NCBI GenBank assembly: GCA_009695205.1
Contig: SIBK01000015.1
Coordinates: 859 to 64,858, forward strand
DNA from: Pedosphaera sp.
Lineage (GTDB): Bacteria > Verrucomicrobiota > Verrucomicrobiia > Limisphaerales > UBA9464
DNA length: 64,000 bases
Direction of reading: 5' to 3'
Program-made: the position numbers and the translations under genes
Notes under the pieces: model-generated
Told to the model about the DNA's origin: nothing
The model's input: only the letters and a program-made list of their open reading frames with translations
Database searches by the model: none
In this document: positions 48,417-57,397 of the stretch, one piece after another
Layout of the letters: the number at the start of each line of letters is the position of its first letter
Position numbering within the stretch: the stretch's first letter is position 1

Positions 48417-49493
48417 CTAGACGAGAGCGGCGGGCACCTGCCCGGCGCTGAGAACGAGCCACGGAAACCAAATCCCGGTGACCCACACTTGGCCCATCAA
48501 CCCAAGGCCAATCGCCAGGGCACCGGCCCCGCCAACTCCGACGGCCCTGGCCGGAACAACGAAAACGAGCGCGTAGCCAAACCCCGCGCCGAACAGCAAA
48601 ATCACCAGGGACTCGACCCACCAAGGAAGCCTCCGCAACCCGTCATTCCGAATCAAGTTCAGATAGCTTGTGACCATGACTTCCACACCATTGATCGGTG
48701 CTTCCCGCCAGCGCGAATAGGGTGAAGTATATTTGTCGCGGGCAGGCGGCAACGTCGCCGCCTCGCCAATGAAAACGGTCTTGTTGGAAAAGATCATGTC
48801 CGGAACTTCACTGGCAGAAAGCACCGACAAATAGCTGTAGGTCCGGATAGTGCCGGGTGGACCATAATAGTTCAGCCACGCATAGGCCGGGCGGGAAAAC
48901 GCTTTCCCATGCGCCGTTCGGGCCAGCACTTCCACAAAAGGAGCAACTCCCTGGAATCCCGGCACCGGCTGGCGAATGGTGCTGGATCCATACGCGATCT
49001 CCGCCACTCCCCAGCGGTCACCGATCCTGAACAATGGACTGGGCGCACTGACCCCATCTGGCTTCAGCTTGGCGCCCACAACCACCCGACTGCTATTCTC
49101 CAGCGCCTGCCTGAAAGCTCGATCCATGGGGCTTTCCACATATCCCGCCTGCTCCATCTCGATCACACTGGGCGAATCAAACAAGACATCGAATCCGACT
49201 GCTTTCGCTCCCGCCTTGGTGAGCCTCTCCACCAGTTGAGCATGGCACCGTCTGCCCCAAAGAATCCTCGGGTCCGGCGAGAGATCACGATGTGAACGGT
49301 CGTCCATGCCGACGATGACCACGTCGTCGGGAACCTGGGTTCGGCGAAATAGAAAACCGAAGTCGTAACTCAAAGCATCCAGCCACCCAAACGCGAGCAT
49401 TAAAACGCCCAGAACCGCCACCAGAACCGCACCCTTCGAACCTGCCTCGCGCTCGTTCTGCCGGGCAAATCGTAGGCGCCGTATAAAAGTCAT
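48417..49493 (-). CDS. CHASE2 domain membrane sensor
   Basis: VVIVGMDDRSHRDL...WGRRCHAQLVERLTKAGAKAVGFDVLFDSPS, plus C-terminal TM helices. I prefer the start at MTFIRRLRF (49493). Confidence 0.75.
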   Translation of the reverse strand: MTFIRRLRFARQNEREAGSKGAVLVAVLGVLMLAFGWLDALSYDFGFLFRRTQVPDDVVIVGMDDRSHRDLSPDPRILWGRRCHAQLVERLTKAGAKAVGFDVLFDSPSVIEMEQAGYVESPMDRAFRQALENSSRVVVGAKLKPDGVSAPSPLFRIGDRWGVAEIAYGSSTIRQPVPGFQGVAPFVEVLARTAHGKAFSRPAYAWLNYYGPPGTIRTYSYLSVLSASEVPDMIFSNKTVFIGEAATLPPARDKYTSPYSRWREAPINGVEVMVTSYLNLIRNDGLRRLPWWVESLVILLFGAGFGYALVFVVPARAVGVGGAGALAIGLGLMGQVWVTGIWFPWLVLSAGQVPAALV

Positions 49494-49519
49494 CTCAGAA
49501 ATGGCGGGCGCCAAGTCTG

Positions 49520-50200
49520 TCAGATCCGGTTTGTTAGCGGAACGTTTGACGCGCTCATTGTCCTTCGGAGGGCCCAGCGGCATTCGGCTGCGGTCGGCCA
49601 TGCTTCGTTCTTGACCGTCGTCAGCGACCCGGCCAATGACTCGGAAATCAGGCTGCGATAGGCATGATTGAAACCGCCGACCTGCGTCGGTTCCAACCGG
49701 ATGCTTTGCTCAAAACTCACACCACCGAGGGATCGTGTATAGGCACCGCGCAGCCACAGATTAGTCAAAGGCGTCCAGACGACGCCTGCCTTGGGCGATG
49801 CTTGCGAGCTCCGGTCGGTGGCGGCGCTCAGGGGGCTCGCGCGGAAGTTGACCGGATACTTCAGCGTGTCGTAACTAAGACCGAGCGTCAGCGTCAGAGT
49901 TTGCCAAGGCCGAACGGTGTCGTAGACGTACCCTTGGATTCGCTCTGCCATGGGCTCCACGTGTGCGTCAAAGGGAGCAATCCTTGCGGGCAACTGGGTG
50001 AATTCGTTCTGCGCTTCGATCTTGCCCTGCTGATACCGCAATCCAGCCACAAAGGAATTAACCTCCGTCTCCCAGAGGTGTTGTGCCTCGGTCGTCAACC
50101 AGTTCTCCTGACTCATGTAATTCTGTTTGAGCGGGTCGAGCGGAAACGCAGCGCCCATAGGAAACACGCCTAGGCCACGTAATTGGAGAAGGCGCGCCAC
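49520..50200 (-). pseudogene. fragment of an outer-membrane beta-barrel protein (TonB-dependent-receptor-like C-terminal strands)
   Basis: ...SPKAGVVWTPLTNLWLRGAYTRSLGGVSFEQSIRLEPTQVGGFNHAYRSLI... It has no signal peptide, plug or terminal strand. Both ends overlap neighbouring ORFs. Confidence 0.4.
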
Positions 50201-50649
50201 GTCGCCGGCCCGTCATAACTGTGAGGCAACCACTCGATGCATTCGCGGTAGTGAAACCTCTCTTTCGTCCCGTCGAATACAACTCGGGCATTCGCCGCCG
50301 AGATCAGTGTATAAAGCAGCAGGAAGACCGTCAGCCACGCGAGTGCCCGCGTCAGCTGTTCTGCGATCCGCATCCGTTCGGGCGTGCGCGCACCAAACGT
50401 TTCCCACTCGGGTGGTCGATAGCCAAGGCGACGTCGGATCAGGAATTTCGAGAGAAGCAAAACGCCAAGGCCGTAGCCTGCGGCATTCATGACGTTCATC
50501 GCCCAATCGTCCGTCGTACCGAATGCCCACGGAGTAAAGACGATCATGAAAAGCAAAAGGATCTCTGTCGCGAGATCGGATCGCGCGTGCGCTGCGGGGG
50601 GGGCATTCCGACGGCGAGCGCACGGGCATGTCTCGGGCCGATTCCGCAT
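50170..50649 (-). pseudogene. N-terminal fragment of an O-antigen-ligase-like (Wzy_C family) membrane protein
   Basis: ...EILLLFMIVFTPWAFGTTDDWAMNVMNAAGYGLGVLLLSKF...GYRPPEW...NARVVFDG...HYRECIEWLPHSYDGPATW resembles the first ~150 residues of the long PVC O-antigen-ligase-like proteins. It is then cut by a stop. Confidence 0.4.
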
Positions 50650-51152
50650 CGAAACCGGTAGCTTCGCTCGGTGCTGACATGTGCTTTAGGGAAGAGCCGT
50701 GTCGGGAACGTCGCAAATCGATGAGGGGTCAGTCAATGGTATTGTACTATTTTCCGCCAACCTTCCACTCCCTCGCGAGTAACGCAGGTGTTCTCCGCGT
50801 ATTGGCAGGATCGGTTGCACTGAGCTCCCACGAAAAGTGCGATCGGATTAATCGGCTCATTTTCTGGAAAACAATCCGTTGAACCCCGCGAGAGTCAGGT
50901 TTTCACGGCCCCGGCCAGGGTGCCGGTGATGGTTCGCGGATACTCGAATCTGGTGGCTAGCGGCATCCGGAGGAGAGCATCCACCGAACTCAAAATGCGC
51001 GCTGTGAAGCCATGAATCGTTGTTGAGATGAGGGTTGCGCGGACTTCCGTCCGCGACTACGACGGTCCGGTTCATCGGTTGGGCTAGCGCGGAGTTGAGG
51101 TTTCGAGGATTCGTTCTTCATACTGAGATCGAATCGCGTCACATTGCTTCCC

Positions 51153-51437
51153 ATGAAGTCTGCTTTTGAGCTTGCGATGGAACGGTTGAGTCAAGGTGCT
51201 CCGACGAAAACGTTGACGGCTGCGCAGAAGAAGAAACTGGCTGAGATTGACTCGATCTGTCGGGCCAAGACTGCGGAGAAGGAACTGGGAATGCAGGATG
51301 AAATGGCTGCGGCACGAGCCGCTGGTGACGGAGAAAAGCTCCAGAAAATTCGCAGCGGGTTTGCTGTGGAAAAGGAGAAATTGGAAGCGGATCGCGATGC
51401 AAAAAAGGCACGCGTGCGGGGCGATAAAGCGAATTAG
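51153..51437 (+). CDS. hypothetical small coiled-coil protein
   Basis: 94 aa, charged and helical (MKSAFELAMERL...KLAEIDS...EKEKLEADRDAKKA). No family recognised. Confidence 0.4.
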   Translation: MKSAFELAMERLSQGAPTKTLTAAQKKKLAEIDSICRAKTAEKELGMQDEMAAARAAGDGEKLQKIRSGFAVEKEKLEADRDAKKARVRGDKAN

Positions 51438-52024
51438 CGCCGAAGTATCGGGCGATACAAGTTTTCGCACTCGATCACTTCTGCGACGACAGCGGGGACG
51501 AGGTGATGAATGGGCAGGCCCGCTTTGACTCGATCCCGAATTTCGGAAGACGACACTTTAAGAGGCCAACCGCGGAGTGGATGGAGGCGGTACGGTGGCG
51601 GCAGCGTGGCTTGGGGTTCGCCAGGGCGCGGGATGATAATGAACTCCACGATCCGCGCCAGTTGTTCCGCATCCCGCCAGAGGGGAAGGGTTGGGACGTG
51701 GTCAGCGCCGATCAGCCAGAGGAGCCGCCAGCCAGGAAGACGGCGAGAGAATTCGCGGCATGTTTCTACGGTAAAGCTGACGCCCCCGCGGCGAATCTCG
51801 AGGTCATCCACGGACATTCGCACCTGGCCAGCGAGCGATTGGCGGAGCATGCGCAGGCGGGCGGCGGCGAGTGCGGGAGTCGTGCCTGGTTTGAAAGGCG
51901 ATTGGGCCGCCGGGAGAAAGACAAGGCGGTCGAGGACTAATTCCTCTAGGGCCGCCTGGGCGACCAGGAGGTGGCCAAGGTGCAAAGGATCAAAGGAGCC
52001 GCCGAATAGGCCGAGAGCAGGCAT
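51434..52024 (-). CDS. nadD: nicotinate-nucleotide adenylyltransferase
   Basis: GLFGGSFDPLHLGHL and ...ISSSEIR. Confidence 0.9.
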   Translation of the reverse strand: MPALGLFGGSFDPLHLGHLLVAQAALEELVLDRLVFLPAAQSPFKPGTTPALAAARLRMLRQSLAGQVRMSVDDLEIRRGGVSFTVETCREFSRRLPGWRLLWLIGADHVPTLPLWRDAEQLARIVEFIIIPRPGEPQATLPPPYRLHPLRGWPLKVSSSEIRDRVKAGLPIHHLVPAVVAEVIECENLYRPILRR

Positions 52025-52029
52025 TGGAG

Positions 52030-54435
52030 TTAGCAGCAGCGGTTGATGCCTTCGAAGCGTTGTTCAGCGGCTGCGATGTAGGCATTTGCCCGCGAGTCCC
52101 GCTCGACGGCTATGCGGACCTCGGGGAGGTCGATCACGACACGCACGGATGTTTTGTCCGTGTTATGATTGCAAGTCTGGGATTGGAGGCGATCGATGGC
52201 GGCTTCTCCAGACCATTCCCGGGCGAGCGACAGCACCAATGCTGCGGTGCCGAGCACAGGAAAGGGGCTTGCGGGCCGGACGACGGAGTCGGGGAGCCAG
52301 ACAGGATCGGTTTCCACGAGATTCGGTGGGCGTTTTCGATTGAGGAGCTTGAGCCATTCGATGACCGAGATCAGGACGATGGCGGCGGCGAGAGCCAGGA
52401 AAATTCCCGTCACGACGAAATCCAAATGGTTATTAAAGCGCAGACGTCTGGCGGTGGTCCATTCGTTGCGTGCCTGGATTGCGAGAGGGGAGTTCGCCGC
52501 GGCGGCGAATTGAATGACCCGGGACTGGGCATTGGCGATGATCGTATTCTGGACATTGGCGGCGGTAAGGAATCCGATGCGAGGAGACGGGTGAAGCATT
52601 TTTTGGATACCGGCCGTGAAGGTTACAGCCAGGAGCCAGCACAACGGTACCAGGGTCACGAAGGCGAGAGCCGGTGAGTGTGTAATGCGAAATCGGTTGG
52701 CGGGTTCGCGGTTGCGTCGGTTGAGGGCTATTTTTAGAAGCACCGTGGTTCCCAGGCAAAGGGCGATGGCGGCGAGCAGTTGGTTGGCGATCCCAAAGAG
52801 CGGCCAAAGCGAATTAATGCCTCCCAGCGGATCGCGGACACCCTGAATCAGGAAGACGCCCCAACCTCCGACCACCAGCGCACTGGCGAGCGCATTGGCG
52901 GGGAGCGACTGAGTGTTGCCGAGAGACGGCCGAAGTTGGCCGAGAAAATCCTGGATCAGATATCGGCCAACACGCGTCCCGGCATCCAGAGTGGTAAGAA
53001 TAAACAACGCCTCAAACATAATGGCGAAGTGATACCACAGATCGATTCCATGCCCGCGGGTGACCTTAGAGAAGATGCCCGCCATCCCGACGGCCAGCGT
53101 GGCAGCGCCACCCGTGCGACCGTAGAGTGACTTCTCACCCATCTGACGAGCGAGTGCGTCCATCGTCGATGTCTCCACGACAAATCCGGTGGCGTTCACC
53201 TTGGCCACGGTGTCAGCGGCAATCGCGGCGGGAGTTGCTCCGGCCCCTTTCACATTCATCGACAGATAAACCCCCGGGTCCAGCGTGCACGCCGCGATCA
53301 TTGCCATGACGGCCACGAGTGATTCCAGGCACATCGCCCCGTAACCCACGGAGCGGGCATGCGCCTCCCGGGTAATGATCTTGGGGGTGATACCGCTCGA
53401 GATTAGCGCGTGAAAGCCACTGATGGCGCCGCAGGCGATGGTGATGAAGCAAAATGGGAACAGTTTGCCAGCGACAACCAATCCTGAGCCATCGACGAAG
53501 CGGGTGATCGGCGGCATCTTCATGAGGGGCAGAACCAGGAGCACTCCCAGCGCCAGGGCGAGAATCGTACCGAGCTTCATAAAGGTGCTCAGGTAATCGC
53601 GTGGGGCGAGGAGCAGCCAGACGGGCAGGATGCTGGCGGCGACGCCATACCCGATAATTATCCACGCAAGCGGTTCCGGGCCCATGGTTAGCAGGCGGGC
53701 GAGACTCTCCTGTGAATGGACGTATTGCCCACCCCAAACCGATGCGATGAGGAGAAGAACACCGATTACCGACGCCTCGAGGGTCCGCCCGGGTCGCCAC
53801 CATCGAAGATAGCATCCGAGGAAGAGGGCAATGGGGATGGTGGCTCCAACGGTGAACACACCCCACGGACTTTCCGCGAGGGTCTTCACCACCACGAGTC
53901 CCAACACCGCCAGGAGAATGATCATGATGGCGAGGATTGCGATGAGCGCCACGGTGCCGGCGAGCGATCCTATCTCGTCACGAACCATCTGGCCGAGCGA
54001 GCGGCCATTTCTTCGGATGGACGCGGCCAGGATGATGAAATCCTGAACAGCGCCCCCCAACACAACACCGATGAGAATCCAGAGCGTCCCCGGTAGATAT
54101 CCAAACTGGGCGGCTAGCACGGGACCGACGAGCGGTCCCGGACCGGAGATCGCGGCGAAGTGATGTCCGAAAACAATCCACGGATGCGTCTTCACAAAAT
54201 CCCGCCCATCCTCGTGAACTTCGCAGGGGGTAGCCCGGCGGTTGTCGAGCGCGAGAGCGGCGACGGCGATCCATTTGGAGTAAAACCGATAGCCAATGGC
54301 ATAAGTGCACAGGGCCGCGAGCACGAGGTAACCGGAATTGAGCGGTTCGCCTCGGGCGAGGGTGATTTTGCCATAGGCGGCTGTTCCAAGTCCGGCGATC
54401 ACCAACCAGAGGCTGGTCTGCAAAAAGAGACGCAT
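52030..54435 (-). CDS. cstA: carbon starvation protein CstA family transporter with a long C-terminal extension
   Basis: YRFYSKWIA..., HPWIVFGHHFAAISGPGPLVGPVLAAQFGYLPG and many TM spans. The start at MRLFLQTSLW (54435) aligns with the E. coli CstA N-terminus. The C-terminus ends ...EQRFEGINRCC. Confidence 0.9.
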   Translation of the reverse strand: MRLFLQTSLWLVIAGLGTAAYGKITLARGEPLNSGYLVLAALCTYAIGYRFYSKWIAVAALALDNRRATPCEVHEDGRDFVKTHPWIVFGHHFAAISGPGPLVGPVLAAQFGYLPGTLWILIGVVLGGAVQDFIILAASIRRNGRSLGQMVRDEIGSLAGTVALIAILAIMIILLAVLGLVVVKTLAESPWGVFTVGATIPIALFLGCYLRWWRPGRTLEASVIGVLLLIASVWGGQYVHSQESLARLLTMGPEPLAWIIIGYGVAASILPVWLLLAPRDYLSTFMKLGTILALALGVLLVLPLMKMPPITRFVDGSGLVVAGKLFPFCFITIACGAISGFHALISSGITPKIITREAHARSVGYGAMCLESLVAVMAMIAACTLDPGVYLSMNVKGAGATPAAIAADTVAKVNATGFVVETSTMDALARQMGEKSLYGRTGGAATLAVGMAGIFSKVTRGHGIDLWYHFAIMFEALFILTTLDAGTRVGRYLIQDFLGQLRPSLGNTQSLPANALASALVVGGWGVFLIQGVRDPLGGINSLWPLFGIANQLLAAIALCLGTTVLLKIALNRRNREPANRFRITHSPALAFVTLVPLCWLLAVTFTAGIQKMLHPSPRIGFLTAANVQNTIIANAQSRVIQFAAAANSPLAIQARNEWTTARRLRFNNHLDFVVTGIFLALAAAIVLISVIEWLKLLNRKRPPNLVETDPVWLPDSVVRPASPFPVLGTAALVLSLAREWSGEAAIDRLQSQTCNHNTDKTSVRVVIDLPEVRIAVERDSRANAYIAAAEQRFEGINRCC

Positions 54436-54538
54436 TCGTACGAGATTCCTGGCCGGGCTCGAAGATTCAAGCATTTCTCGTGACCAAAGATGCGGTGTGG
54501 TATGGATGAGGAGCCCGGTGGAGCCGGGCACACGACAC

Positions 54539-55993
54539 ATGGAAAAACTGCTGCTGATCGATAATGAAGCGGATGTGCAATACTCGTTTCGGAGGTTGTT
54601 TGCCTCCGCAGAATTGGTGATTCACACGGCTTCCAGTGGAGAAGAGGGGCTGAAAGTCTTTGCACAAGTCCGGCCCGATATCGTCGTTTCGGATGTGCGG
54701 ATGGAAGGAATGACCGGCCTTGAGACCTTGCGACATCTGCGACAACTGGATGCCAAGGTGCCCGTCATCCTAATGACCGCGTGGGGAACGACACAGATGG
54801 CGATTGAGGCGATGAAGTTTGGGGCGTTCGATTACATCCTGAAGCCTTTTGATATTCCGAAGCTCAAGGCATTGATCGGCTCCGCGTTGAAGGCAGCGCG
54901 CGACATGCGGGAGGCGGTGACCTTGCAGCCCACGCTGTCGCGGGAGGACTACGAAGTTGGGGTGGTTGGACGCAGCGAGGCGATGCAGAGTGTGTTCAAG
55001 CTGATAGGCCAACTGGCAGGCAGTGATGCGACGGCGCTGATCACGGGAGAAAGCGGAACGGGGAAGGAATTGGTGGCGAAGGCGATATATCACCACAGCT
55101 GTCGCAGCGCGAAGCCGTTTCTCGCGATCAATTGCGCAGCGCTCGCTGAGAATCTCCTCGAGAGCGAACTATTTGGTCATGAGAAAGGTGCCTTCACCGG
55201 AGCCAACACCCAACGGATTGGCAAATTTGAGCAATGCCATCAGGGGACACTTTTCCTGGATGAAATTGGTGACATGTCGGCCGCCACGCAGACCCGGATC
55301 CTGCGAGTGCTACAGAGTGGAACCTTTGAGCGGGTGGGTGGAAATCAGACGGTGACGGTGGATGTACGGGTGATCGCAGCGACCAACAAACTCCTCGAGA
55401 AAGCGGTTGACGACAACCAGTTTCGACAGGACCTGTTCTACCGGTTGAACGTGGTCCGCCTCGAATTGCCACCGTTGCGGGATCGGAAGGAGGACGTTCG
55501 GCTCTTGGTAGACTATTTTCTGCGAAAACTTGTCGTGAGCGGACCTCCGAAAGCCGTGGGCTCCGATACCCTCGCGATACTGGAAGCGTATCAGTGGCCC
55601 GGCAATGTGCGAGAACTGGAAAACGTCATCCGACGGGCACTGGTGGTGTCGAAGGGGCCGGCACTCCTGCCCGCGGATCTCCCCCCTGAAGTCCTTGGGA
55701 AAATCGTCAGATCATCCACCGCAAAAACAGAGCAATGGGTGCCCGTGGCGCCAATTGGGACGGGAGAAGGCGTGGCTCCGTTGGTGACGCTTGCACGTGA
55801 GATGTTTCGACAGGCCCGGGCCGATCCCAAACTGAAGTTGATCCCGGTAGTGGAGCGAGTTTTGGTGATCGAAGCGCTTCGTGAGACGCAGGGAAACCAG
55901 GTGCACGCCGCCAAGCTATTGGGGATTACGCGGGCGACACTTCGGAAGCGGATCGAAAAATTCGAGATTCGGCGAGAGCTCAACATTGAATAG
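54539..55993 (+). CDS. sigma-54-dependent response regulator (NtrC family)
   Basis: Receiver domain (LLIDNE...VVSDVRMEGMTG), AAA+ module (GESGTGKE, GAFTGA, ELENV) and a C-terminal Fis HTH (AAKLLGITRATLRKRI). Confidence 0.9.
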   Translation: MEKLLLIDNEADVQYSFRRLFASAELVIHTASSGEEGLKVFAQVRPDIVVSDVRMEGMTGLETLRHLRQLDAKVPVILMTAWGTTQMAIEAMKFGAFDYILKPFDIPKLKALIGSALKAARDMREAVTLQPTLSREDYEVGVVGRSEAMQSVFKLIGQLAGSDATALITGESGTGKELVAKAIYHHSCRSAKPFLAINCAALAENLLESELFGHEKGAFTGANTQRIGKFEQCHQGTLFLDEIGDMSAATQTRILRVLQSGTFERVGGNQTVTVDVRVIAATNKLLEKAVDDNQFRQDLFYRLNVVRLELPPLRDRKEDVRLLVDYFLRKLVVSGPPKAVGSDTLAILEAYQWPGNVRELENVIRRALVVSKGPALLPADLPPEVLGKIVRSSTAKTEQWVPVAPIGTGEGVAPLVTLAREMFRQARADPKLKLIPVVERVLVIEALRETQGNQVHAAKLLGITRATLRKRIEKFEIRRELNIE

Positions 55994-56669
55994 AGCGGAG
56001 CAGTAGATCGATCAATGGGAGGTCGGCACGGGAAGTCACCTTTGGGTTGGGATCCTGGCACTCAACTAATTCCACCCGTTGACCGATGAGATCACACGCT
56101 GCGGTATCGTCCGTAATCAGAAGGCCTTTTACGCGGACGGCTGCCAAAGCCCGGCGAATAACATCCACGCGGAAGCACTGGGGCGTTTGGACAGTCCAGA
56201 GGCGGCTTCGGTCCAGATGGCGAGTGATGGTTGAAGCATCGTCGGATTCTTTGATGGTGTCCACTGCCCGCTGCGCGGCGACGCTGGCTCCGATTCGGCG
56301 CGCGGCGTCAAGGCAGAGCCGGAGGGTGAGCGGAGATGTGCAGGGGCGGGCTCCGTCTTGGATGGCTACCAGGGTGGTTTCGGTGGGCACGGCGTCGAGT
56401 CCATTGGAAACGGAGTGTTGTCGTTCCGGACCGCCGGCGGTGAGGCTCCAAGGTTTGGACGGATGAACGTGTGCCTCGGCAAGTTTGCGGAAGGAGGATT
56501 CGAGATCAGGCCGGATGACCAGCACCACGTGGTCGATTTCTGGCGACCGATCAAGACAACGCCACGCGTGGGCAACGACGGGCGCACCGGCGACTTCCAG
56601 GAAAAGTTTGTCCACGTCGAGCCCCATGCGGGTGCCACGTCCGGCGGCAACGAGAATCGCGGTCGTCAT
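55980..56669 (-). CDS. ispD: 2-C-methyl-D-erythritol 4-phosphate cytidylyltransferase
   Basis: AILVAAGRGTRMG...KLFLEV... Confidence 0.9.
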   Translation of the reverse strand: MTTAILVAAGRGTRMGLDVDKLFLEVAGAPVVAHAWRCLDRSPEIDHVVLVIRPDLESSFRKLAEAHVHPSKPWSLTAGGPERQHSVSNGLDAVPTETTLVAIQDGARPCTSPLTLRLCLDAARRIGASVAAQRAVDTIKESDDASTITRHLDRSRLWTVQTPQCFRVDVIRRALAAVRVKGLLITDDTAACDLIGQRVELVECQDPNPKVTSRADLPLIDLLLRSIQC

Positions 56670-56738
56670 TTCGGGGTTGAAAAAAACGGCACCGGTAAGC
56701 CGGTGCCGTTGGGAAATTCGTGCGAACCGGCGAGTTCC

Positions 56739-57374
56739 CTATTTCTTATCGTCCTTCTTCGCGTCCTTCTTTTCTTCCTTCGGTTTGAGGGCATCCGCGG
56801 GAGCCGACGCGTTCATTTGAGTGAGGACGGTTTCGGTGAGATCGTTTTCACCGTTGGTGTAGATGAAGACGGGAGCGACGTTGGCCGACATCGCGCCGCT
56901 ATCGAGGACGGCGGTGAAGTTGCCCGCCTTCCCTTTCTCGGTCACGACATCCTGAATTTCGCGGAGGATGGCGTCGCGCATGCGGCGCAGTTGCTCGCCG
57001 AGAGAACGATTGCTGGTTTCATCGAAGTCCCGGATGCTGCGTTGGATCGTCTGCAATTCCGTGAGTTTCCGCTGGGCTTCCTTGGTTCGCTTCTCCTTTT
57101 CCTCGGCGGAAATGGCGGGGTCCGACGTTCCGTCCACCATCTTCCGGTATTCGTCGTTTGACTTGTTAAAGTCATCTTCAAGGGTTCGGCGGGATCTCTC
57201 AAAATTGGCCTTCGACTCCTGCATTCGGTCGTTGGCCTGCCGAGTCTTGTAGTATCCATCGAAAACTTTTTGCAAGTTCACGAGGGCAAACTTTGTCTCC
57301 GCCTGGGCGGCGGTTAGCCAAAGGGCGGTGAGGGCGGTGAGGGCGGATTGGATCCAGTTTCTTGTGATGCTCAT
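56739..57374 (-). CDS. skp: OmpH/Skp family periplasmic chaperone
   Basis: Signal peptide, ...FALVNLQKVF..., coiled-coil, and a position upstream-adjacent to bamA in the usual bamA-skp order. Confidence 0.8.
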   Translation of the reverse strand: MSITRNWIQSALTALTALWLTAAQAETKFALVNLQKVFDGYYKTRQANDRMQESKANFERSRRTLEDDFNKSNDEYRKMVDGTSDPAISAEEKEKRTKEAQRKLTELQTIQRSIRDFDETSNRSLGEQLRRMRDAILREIQDVVTEKGKAGNFTAVLDSGAMSANVAPVFIYTNGENDLTETVLTQMNASAPADALKPKEEKKDAKKDDKK

Positions 57375-57397
57375 GTCAACAAAGGGATGTTAGTCTT

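Noticed and set aside
50650-51143. A ~0.5-kb stretch without a convincing ORF. It contains a CCGGAGGAGAGCA string vaguely like SRP RNA domain IV, a CTCGAATC T-loop-like string and a 7-bp hairpin cgcggac/gtccgcg.
   Set aside because: I could not fold any of these into SRP, tRNA, tmRNA or RNase P architecture. There is no GNRA loop, no acceptor or anticodon arms and no GAGGAAAGUCC. It is left as unexplained non-coding DNA, possibly more decayed sequence.
57323-57346. 9-nt tandem repeat gggcggtga x2.7.
   Set aside because: It is in frame (multiple of 3) inside the Skp signal peptide (LTALTAL) and has no frame consequence.
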